From Eubacteriales bacterium (GTDB lineage Bacteria > Bacillota > Clostridia > Oscillospirales > CAG-272), in assembly GCA_045613205.1 (NCBI GenBank), contig JAZLAO010000093.1, forward strand, positions 18,274-82,273: a stretch of DNA of 64,000 bases. The letters are read 5' to 3'. The translations under genes and the position numbers were made by a program. Below the pieces are notes generated by a model that worked only from the letters and a program-made list of their open reading frames with translations, made no database searches and was not told the origin of the DNA. Shown one piece after another: positions 57,139 through 64,000 of the stretch (position 1 is the stretch's first letter; each line of letters opens with the position of its first letter).

Positions 57139-60100
57139 TTATGCATTTTGGTTTTTAGCGTTTACAGACAGAACGTAGAGTGCTTTTGCAAAGCCGCTGT
57201 CTGTTTCCTTGATATAATTTGCAAGGCTATACATTCCTGCAGCAGTACCGATTTCGATTTTGATTTCATCTGCAAGGTTAGCAAGCTCTATTCCGCTCAA
57301 GGTATATTCAACATACTCACCGTTTGCCATACCCGTAACAGCCACACCGTTAATCTTAACCGTTGCCGCCTCGCTTAAGAAAATCGAGAACGCGTACTTG
57401 ACGTTATTCTCATCGTCCGTAACGAGAGTAAAGGAATACTTTGCAACAAGAGATTTGATGTTCGTATCATCGGAGACATTCTCTGAAGGCGTATAGTTTA
57501 CTTCACCGCAAGTGCAATCGGTTTTATGGAATATCTTGTATTTCTGCCATTCAGTATCAACCTCTTCCTTGAGATCATCACTGGGAGTTGATGCTAAAAA
57601 TGCAGTATGCTTATACTCCATCATTGCATATACGAGTTTGCTCTCGGCAGAACCACAGCCATAGGTAGAATCAATTCTGTAAGCGTAATTGAATATGTCA
57701 ATTCTTACGTCTGCTTCAAGCTCCTGTCCGTCAACAGTATACTTAACGGTAATCGTCTTAGCCGCAAATTCATCGGTTGCAAAAAGACCTATAAGACGAT
57801 TCCAGCCTTCAACACCGTCAAGAGTAACGCCAGAATATACGTTGTTTGTAATCTTGCCGTTTGCATCGAAGAAGCCGACAAATGACATCACGTAGTTTTC
57901 AACGGAAGGCGTGGGAACGTAAATATTGTAAGCCAAATCGTTGTATATAGATATGCCAACCTTTACAGTATTCAAATCAGCAACATACTTGGGTTCGGGC
58001 TTAAATTTGTTTTCCTTATCGGCATAAACCGTGAAGTTTTCCTTGTTTGTTTCGCCCGCGGTTACGTTCATCCATTTTTCATAGGTGATATCGAACCAGT
58101 TGTTATTGAGGTCTACTTTCTCAAAATCATTAAGTGATTCACGAAGCTCTGCCACAATTTCACTGCCGGCAACCCAGTAGGTAGTCTTGTAAAGCGAGCC
58201 GTCGGGATTAAGCCAGCTCACAGGCTTTATGCATTCTTCGATTTTATCGCCTGTAAAGGTGATAAGAGTAGCTTCAAAATCTGTGGTAATAGAAGCAAAT
58301 CCAGGAACCGATATTGCAACATCCTTGATTAGGTATTTTTCATTGTTTGAGAACGCCATGAGCGTTCCACTATCACAGCCGATTTCGGAATTAAGCTTTG
58401 CATTGAATTTGTTTGCCGCGCCGAGAGTTACGTTATACTTGTTCTCAAATCCGAGCACCACACTCTCTTTAATATAAATCTTCGACGCAGTATTCCATTC
58501 TTTTATGAATGTGCCGACGGTGTAGCCATCATCTGTGATTTTTCCGGCAAACATATTTGATTTCTCAACATTTACGTCGGCTGAAGATACGTACGGTGCG
58601 ATTAGCGAGAAGATAGCTTCACCGTTCGCGGTTACTATATCAGCGTTTTTGATATTGAATTTCATATCAACGTCGGATATCGGGAAGAGCGCTCCGTTAG
58701 AAGCCACAGTGCCGTAATAATTACCGCCGTTGAGATTTACTTCTATAGCCTTGGGTGCCTCAGGTTTCATTTCAGTACCCATAAGATATACTATTGAAGA
58801 GCCATACAAAGTAAGGTTATCGCCAGACTTATCGTTATCGGTTATTTTGCTTAGATTGATTTTAACGTTATTAACATTGTTTGCGGAAATGATTGCACGT
58901 CCCGCACCCGTCTGATATACTTCTGCACCTGCTTTATCGGAATAAAGATTAAGGGTTATTCCGCTGTTAACAGCGAATATCGAAGAGTCAGAATTTGCTG
59001 CCTGACTAATCTTATATCCGTTAAGGTTAAAATTAACAGTAGCATTCTTGGGTATACGGAGGGTTTGTTCTGCTGTAAGGTCGGAATAAAGGGTGATACT
59101 GTAGTTTTTGCCCTTTTCCATATTCGCCATTGCACCAGCTATAGTAGAAATTTTTTCAAATTTCTCGAAATCATAATCGGGAGCATAAAGCTTAGCTTCT
59201 TCGCCATCGCTAAAGATAGCATATGCAACAGGCTTTTCTTCAAACTGCGCGATTAGCTGAATTTCCTTTATTCCCTTTTCGATAAATTGCTCGTTAATCT
59301 CAGATCTTGTGAACGTTTTTTCGAAATCCTCACCGAAGATTTCGTTTGCAGGCTTATCGCCCTCATCAATTTTACCGTTTCCGTTAACGTCCCAATGCCA
59401 ATCCTTGAAAAGTCCTATAGTGGGAGCACCGGACTCGGTTGTTTTAAATCCGCTTGTTATTTTCAAATTATTTGCAAGAGGCTGCATTGGCAAAAGCTTC
59501 TGTTCTTTTCCGGACTCTGCATTTCCGTAGGCTCCTTCGAACAGCCACCTGACAGTTACGTCATTTTCTCCGCCATAACAAACGGTATATATATCAACGG
59601 TTAGCGTTTCGGTTTCATCACCGATTTGCTCTCCCTTTTCATCAAGCTTCGGTATTATAAGCTTTCGCTGCGTATGCTGAAGCTTAAAATGTTCTTCCGC
59701 TTCAGAAGATAAGGAAACCCTAGAGCCGTTCACAGAAGTGAAAGTGATAACCCTCATTTCATCAGGATTGGGGTTGAAATTCTCAACGTCATACTCTATT
59801 TCGACGAAGTCACTGTTACGAACGCCCTTGTGCACAGAATTCTTAGTGTAGCAGTTAGTTTTGTTTCCGTCAGCGTGTGTTATCGTTGCTCGCAGAGGAA
59901 CGCCTGGAGTGTAGTAATCATCGTTATAAACTACGTTCTTACATTTCATTATGGCAAGACTCTCTTTATACTCATCAGAGGACATAAACTCGCCCAGTCC
60001 GCCGGCAATCTCAGCGTCATCCTCGCTATAGTAGTTAAGCGCTACGTTATCAAATGCGAGGGAGTATTTATCGTACATCTTATCTGCGATATTGCCTTCA

Positions 60101-61095
60101 GCCACCTTTTTGTGGAATGCAAGTGTCATCTGGTAGAATACGTTGCAGTTTTTAACAGAACCTGTCATTTCCCAGTTAGGCAACTGCAACATATACTCTC
60201 CGTTGATATAGGCGTGAGGCTGTACCGTAAGTCCACCGTCAAGAACCTTGAAAACCATGGTTACGTGGTCAAACTTAGCAACTTCATTTTTAAGCTTATA
60301 GGTAACTGTTTCACCTGCGCTTGATGTTCCCTGCAGATACCAGCCGTCATCCTTTTTAACAACAGAAAATGCGGTTTTGCTTACGGTTTGCCAGTTAGTA
60401 CTTGCGCTATTCTGCACAAGCGTTGCATTAGGTGTCTGAGATTTTGAAGACAAAAACACAAATTGGAAGTTAAGAGGAGTCTTCGTGTCAGGGTATGCAA
60501 GCTGTTTCGAATCTATTGCTTCTTTAGCGCACTCCTCTGCTTTCGCTTTATCAGAGGTCAAGGTGTTTATATACGCTTTAAACTCTTCGTCGCTTGCTGC
60601 GGTTTTGTAACCGGTTTCACCGTCGAGGGTATAGGTATATGCCCATCTGTCAGCGCTGAAATCAAAATCCAAGGTGAGATATGCATGTTCTTTCAAATCA
60701 TATGCGGAATTGTAGGTGGTATGCGCTCTCCATCTTACTGTAGATTCGCGGAACGGATTTGCCGGATTGGAATCCAAAGCTCCGGAAGTATAATGTATAC
60801 GTATGTAGGTATTATCGCGTCCCGATTCCTGAACGTGCGAAGCCGAAATATGTGCGGACTTTACAGAGTTTTCTGTACCGAAACGTTGTTTGTCACCCGT
60901 GGAAGAAATGAGATATTCTTTTTCACTTACACCGGTAGTACAGTCATCTGTTACGTTGTAGGAGTGACCCGTAACGTCGAGTTGGTTTGCCCCTACTGCT
61001 GACGCTTCCTCTGCAGAAGCAAGAATTGCCGTGCTAATACCGAAGAGCATGCACGCCGCCAGAAGAAACGTTAAAATTTTAGTGGATTTCTTCAT
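57139..61095 (-). CDS. Very large secreted protein (about 1318 aa from the ATG at 61095), uncharacterised, with a beta-helix-like central region
   Basis: A signal peptide (MKKSTKILTFLLAACMLFGISTAILASAEEASA) preceded by GAGGAGA. I recognised no LPXTG, SLH, dockerin pair or lipobox. It is paralogous to the upstream gene. Confidence 0.75.
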   Translation of the reverse strand: MKKSTKILTFLLAACMLFGISTAILASAEEASAVGANQLDVTGHSYNVTDDCTTGVSEKEYLISSTGDKQRFGTENSVKSAHISASHVQESGRDNTYIRIHYTSGALDSNPANPFRESTVRWRAHTTYNSAYDLKEHAYLTLDFDFSADRWAYTYTLDGETGYKTAASDEEFKAYINTLTSDKAKAEECAKEAIDSKQLAYPDTKTPLNFQFVFLSSKSQTPNATLVQNSASTNWQTVSKTAFSVVKKDDGWYLQGTSSAGETVTYKLKNEVAKFDHVTMVFKVLDGGLTVQPHAYINGEYMLQLPNWEMTGSVKNCNVFYQMTLAFHKKVAEGNIADKMYDKYSLAFDNVALNYYSEDDAEIAGGLGEFMSSDEYKESLAIMKCKNVVYNDDYYTPGVPLRATITHADGNKTNCYTKNSVHKGVRNSDFVEIEYDVENFNPNPDEMRVITFTSVNGSRVSLSSEAEEHFKLQHTQRKLIIPKLDEKGEQIGDETETLTVDIYTVCYGGENDVTVRWLFEGAYGNAESGKEQKLLPMQPLANNLKITSGFKTTESGAPTIGLFKDWHWDVNGNGKIDEGDKPANEIFGEDFEKTFTRSEINEQFIEKGIKEIQLIAQFEEKPVAYAIFSDGEEAKLYAPDYDFEKFEKISTIAGAMANMEKGKNYSITLYSDLTAEQTLRIPKNATVNFNLNGYKISQAANSDSSIFAVNSGITLNLYSDKAGAEVYQTGAGRAIISANNVNNVKINLSKITDNDKSGDNLTLYGSSIVYLMGTEMKPEAPKAIEVNLNGGNYYGTVASNGALFPISDVDMKFNIKNADIVTANGEAIFSLIAPYVSSADVNVEKSNMFAGKITDDGYTVGTFIKEWNTASKIYIKESVVLGFENKYNVTLGAANKFNAKLNSEIGCDSGTLMAFSNNEKYLIKDVAISVPGFASITTDFEATLITFTGDKIEECIKPVSWLNPDGSLYKTTYWVAGSEIVAELRESLNDFEKVDLNNNWFDITYEKWMNVTAGETNKENFTVYADKENKFKPEPKYVADLNTVKVGISIYNDLAYNIYVPTPSVENYVMSFVGFFDANGKITNNVYSGVTLDGVEGWNRLIGLFATDEFAAKTITVKYTVDGQELEADVRIDIFNYAYRIDSTYGCGSAESKLVYAMMEYKHTAFLASTPSDDLKEEVDTEWQKYKIFHKTDCTCGEVNYTPSENVSDDTNIKSLVAKYSFTLVTDDENNVKYAFSIFLSEAATVKINGVAVTGMANGEYVEYTLSGIELANLADEIKIEIGTAAGMYSLANYIKETDSGFAKALYVLSVNAKNQNA

Positions 61096-61158
61096 AATTT
61101 TCTCCTCATGAATTGCATCGTGTTTTAACAGTTTGATGCTCATATATGCTTAATTTAA

Positions 61159-62898
61159 TTAACGGATTATAAGAATTCCGTAGCCGTCAACGGTTCCGTT
61201 GTCCTTAAATGAGTTTTTAACAATATTTGTTACACCTGCAGAAACTGCTGTGTCGGTCGTGCCGGTAAGCTGATTTGAGGAAGAATTCCAGATAGCGCTT
61301 GCTCCCTGTGCGGCAGAGCCTTCGGGAAGAGTCGCCTTGCCGTCTACGATTTCGTAGTACACAACGTCGCTGTCCCAGGTTGCCTTCTCTGCTTCAAAAG
61401 TTGCAATATCTTTATAATTTTCGTATCCGCCATCAGAATCTTCGATAGGAGTGAACACGCCGTTCTTCTCATATCCCGCGATATAAGCGTAATCGGAGAA
61501 ATCGATAAACTCTACGGCGCCATCCTCTGCAGTAGCGGAGGCGATAAGAATTCCGTCAAACTCTTCTCTGATAAGCGCCGCCTCGGAATCCGAGAGTCCG
61601 CGAATAGCTTCGGGGTCATAAAGGTTGATAGCTTCGGGAACGTCACCGTCAACGTCAATGCTCCAGTTTGCGACAGTGCCGGTGTAAAGCTTCAAACCGT
61701 TCAAATCAAAATACGTGAAGGTAACGTCATTTTCGGGTGCAAGAAGGAATATAAATTCCGCAGAGCTTATTACGAGCTCCTTATCACCATACTCAACCAC
61801 ACGCTTGAGCATGAGCTTGTCATTCTCCGTAGATTTTCTAACGGTATAAGTAGTTTCTCCGTTTTTGATGATGAAGAATTCTTTCGCATCGTCTTCACAA
61901 ATGGAAAACTCGGTTTCTTCGGGATTATAAGTCAAAGTAAACTTTTCTACTCCGTCGGGAATATCGAAATCGACAACGTCAACCTTAGTTTCTATTTCCG
62001 CGCCATCGTTAATGGAAGAGAGAGCTGTTTCAGCAGCATCGGGAATATAAAACTTCTTTCCGTCTACCGCAATGACATAATCGCTATTAGGGAGAACGTA
62101 GTATGCGTTGTAAATAACCGCATCGCTCGTGGAATCATAAAGATTTTTGCTTGTATCTTCTACAATATCAGCAAGAGCCTTGGTTCCCGAGTAGTCACCG
62201 GTCTTGTATCCCTTTCCAATGTAGCTATACGAAGCGCCATACACTTTCTTGAATGCATCACTTTCATCCTTTTCATTCCAGTCGGTTGATTTCGTCAACT
62301 GGTTACCCTGTACTGAGAAACGCGACAGCGATACTTCCTGGCTGGTAAGCTCACAATTCTCTGTATCAACGTAATTTCCGTTAACGTAAAGCATCAAGTC
62401 GATACCCGTAATAGCGCCTTCGTTTCTAACCACCTTGTATACAACGGTGATGTGGTCATAAACACCGGATTCACAAGAAATTCTCGCCGCTTCGGACACG
62501 GAACTGGCATTGTTTGCAAATCCTAAGTAATAAAATCCGTCGTTGTGCTTATAAAAATAAATATAAGAAAGCAAAGAACTGTTGCCTCCGTCCTTTATAG
62601 CTCTCTGGGGGCTAATCTTAAAAGCCTGAGGATACGACTCATAACCCTCAGGCAACGTGAGGTCCATATCAACGGTAAAGTAATCAAAGGTTCTAATATC
62701 CCAATCCGCAGTGTACGTGTTTTGACCAAACGGCACCTTGTTGGAATTATTGGTGTGCTTTGTAAGGTTGCTCTTAACTCCGTCCACTACACCGGTATCA
62801 GGCGACTCGGCGTCAGCCGACGCAAGGAATGCAGTCGTTGCTCCGAAAAGCAAGCAAACAGACATTAAAACTGCTAGAATTTTAGAGAATTTACTCAT
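61159..62898 (-). CDS. Secreted protein (579 aa), a shorter paralogue of the downstream giant
   Basis: A signal peptide (MSKFSKILAVLMSVCLLFGATTAFLASADAESP). The RBS is AGGGAG. It shares blocks with the 1318-aa protein; see findings. Confidence 0.75.
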   Translation of the reverse strand: MSKFSKILAVLMSVCLLFGATTAFLASADAESPDTGVVDGVKSNLTKHTNNSNKVPFGQNTYTADWDIRTFDYFTVDMDLTLPEGYESYPQAFKISPQRAIKDGGNSSLLSYIYFYKHNDGFYYLGFANNASSVSEAARISCESGVYDHITVVYKVVRNEGAITGIDLMLYVNGNYVDTENCELTSQEVSLSRFSVQGNQLTKSTDWNEKDESDAFKKVYGASYSYIGKGYKTGDYSGTKALADIVEDTSKNLYDSTSDAVIYNAYYVLPNSDYVIAVDGKKFYIPDAAETALSSINDGAEIETKVDVVDFDIPDGVEKFTLTYNPEETEFSICEDDAKEFFIIKNGETTYTVRKSTENDKLMLKRVVEYGDKELVISSAEFIFLLAPENDVTFTYFDLNGLKLYTGTVANWSIDVDGDVPEAINLYDPEAIRGLSDSEAALIREEFDGILIASATAEDGAVEFIDFSDYAYIAGYEKNGVFTPIEDSDGGYENYKDIATFEAEKATWDSDVVYYEIVDGKATLPEGSAAQGASAIWNSSSNQLTGTTDTAVSAGVTNIVKNSFKDNGTVDGYGILIIR

Positions 62899-62953
62899 TA
62901 TGTTTCTCCCTTATTTTTGATTTCGAAATAATTTCGATAAAATATCTACAGTA

Positions 62954-62982
62954 ATTATACATTAAAAGCTTTTGAAAGTCAA
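62954..62982 (-). promoter_or_regulatory. Promoter of the two secreted-protein genes
   Basis: On the minus strand: TTGACT (62982-62977), a 17-nt spacer, then TATAAT (62959-62954). Confidence 0.5.
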
Positions 62983-63111
62983 TCTAAAACTGCCAAAATT
63001 CCGCGTGTTTTGGAAGATTTGTATACATCACCATATATACGATAATATATTTGTTTAAAATGCGAATAAATTTTAGCTCTAAATCTCTGTTTCATGCATT
63101 TAACTGTTTTT

Positions 63112-63146
63112 AACGAAAATAGGCGAGCCCCTAACAGAGCTCGCCT
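63112..63146 (-). terminator. Terminator after ftsH
   Basis: aggcgagc / gctcgcct stem with a 10-nt loop, followed on the minus strand by ATTTTCGTT. Confidence 0.55.
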
Positions 63147-63161
63147 TTAGCGAATATATGA

Positions 63162-64000
63162 CTATTCTTTGGTTTCGTCAGCGTCGGCTTTGGGTGCTTC
63201 GTCCTTCGCCTCCGATGCGGTATCTTCGTCATCCTTCGGAGCGTTAAAGACTGTGCTAAAGAAATCGTCAACGGGGAATTTTCCCGACCTTTCCATCTCT
63301 TCCCTCTTTTTTTGAGCTTCCTCTTCAGCCTTACGCTTAGCTTCCTCGGCAGCCTTTTCGTTGTTTTCGTGAGCGGTCTTATTTTCCATTTCGCTCTTGC
63401 GTTTTCTCTCTATTGCAATTTCCTCAATCTCCTCAATAGTGGGAGAGTCGGACTCCATTGCTGCTCTGAACTGCTCTTCGTCCATTGATTCATTTTTGAG
63501 AAGAAATTCCGCAACGAAGTGAAGCTTCTCGATATTTTCCTCGAGATGCTTTTTACATACTGCGTAGCAATCGGAAATAATTTCTCTGATTTCGTCGTCA
63601 ATATCCGACGCTGTTTTTTCGGAATAGTTCTTTCCCGACGAGAAATCTCTGCCGAGGAACACCTCGTCAGCAGAGTGCTCCGAGCCGTACAAAACCGTAC
63701 CTAATTTCTTGCTCATGCCATACCGTGTCACCATATTGCGTGCTATAGCGGTGGCTTGCTGTATATCGTTTGATGCTCCGGTGGATATATCGTCAAGCAC
63801 TATTTCCTCTGCAACTCTGCCGCCAAGCGCCAAAACTATACGGTCAATCATTTCATTGCGCGAGGTAACCATTCTGTCCTCGGTGGGAACGCTAATGGTA
63901 ACACCTCCTGCAGAGCCAGCAGGAATAATGGTAATATGCTTCACAGGGTCGGTATGCTTACAGAAATAGGAAGCAACCGCGTGACCTGCTTCGTGATATG
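63162..64000 (-). CDS. ftsH: ATP-dependent zinc metalloprotease FtsH, C-terminal part (the gene continues past the window edge)
   Basis: The reverse complement of the last bases reads YHEAGHAVASYF (the HEXXH zinc site), in frame with the tracked ORF. A protease domain follows, then a long Lys/Glu-rich tail. Confidence 0.92.
   Translation of the reverse strand, partial: YHEAGHAVASYFCKHTDPVKHITIIPAGSAGGVTISVPTEDRMVTSRNEMIDRIVLALGGRVAEEIVLDDISTGASNDIQQATAIARNMVTRYGMSKKLGTVLYGSEHSADEVFLGRDFSSGKNYSEKTASDIDDEIREIISDCYAVCKKHLEENIEKLHFVAEFLLKNESMDEEQFRAAMESDSPTIEEIEEIAIERKRKSEMENKTAHENNEKAAEEAKRKAEEEAQKKREEMERSGKFPVDDFFSTVFNAPKDDEDTASEAKDEAPKADADETKE

Noticed and set aside
59356-59391. DVNGNGKIDEGD in the giant protein, and DVDGD at 61644-61658 in its paralogue, considered as a dockerin module.
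   Set aside because: There is only a single Ca-loop-like segment. It is internal rather than C-terminal, with no second repeat 20-25 aa away and no flanking dockerin helices. I treat it as a generic EF-hand-like or Ca2+-binding turn shared by the paralogues.
1-64000. A search of the whole window for CRISPR arrays, transposases or integrases, prophage genes, toxin-antitoxin pairs and known defence-system signatures.
   Set aside because: I saw none. There are no repeat-spacer periodicity, no terminal inverted repeats, no recombinase motifs and no abrupt compositional islands. The window reads as core chromosome.

Overview
This 64-kb window looks like core chromosome from a moderately AT-rich, spore-forming Firmicute of the class Clostridia. 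The taxonomic call rests on a yabO-yabP-yabQ block with a SpoVB-like flippase, a glgC-glgD-glgA-glgP operon, glnS, cdaA, and Bacillus-type -35/-10 promoters with GGAGG ribosome-binding sites. I saw no mobile elements, CRISPR arrays, rRNA genes, integrases or recognisable defence genes.

Gene content in order:
- clpC (5' truncated), then tRNA-Arg(UCU) and tRNA-His(GUG)
- an NfeD-stomatin pair, an orphan ACP, a CDF transporter and a D-2-hydroxyacid dehydrogenase
- rpmG-secE-nusG-rplK-rplA
- a long minus-strand array from 20211 down to 9271, described below
- a divergent DeoR regulator, then an AraC-type regulator with NagA-like and NagB-like genes
- comF, glnS and an MBL hydrolase; a DUF3343-like protein with a class V PLP enzyme; aroK
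- the glycogen operon; yabQ, yabP, yabO and hup; a SpoVB-like flippase
- hemZ, dtd, relA and recJ; a COG2509-type FAD protein; a 51-aa membrane ORF; cdaA
- a Crp/Fnr regulator with an ABC importer
- a biotin-dependent Na+-decarboxylase-type operon
- two tandem giant secreted proteins, and ftsH (partial)

Four things deserve a closer look:
1. A DeoR-flanked ten-gene array with almost no intergenic space. It links a sugar kinase, an archaeal-type TIM, a CBS-less KpsF-like SIS isomerase, an extended YjbQ and a Tal/FSA aldolase directly to E2, E3, a fused E1 alpha-beta, LplA and PPase. An 11-bp tandem-repeat candidate operator sits in its leader.
2. A biotin/Na+-pump operon carrying both a divergent 12S-type and a 5S-type carboxyltransferase, with a single BCCP and a single beta pump subunit.
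3. A pair of paralogous secreted proteins (about 1318 aa and 579 aa) with no recognisable anchor or catalytic motif.
4. cdaA followed by only a 51-aa membrane ORF where cdaR would be expected.

All functional calls come from motif reading of the supplied translations. No database search was run.
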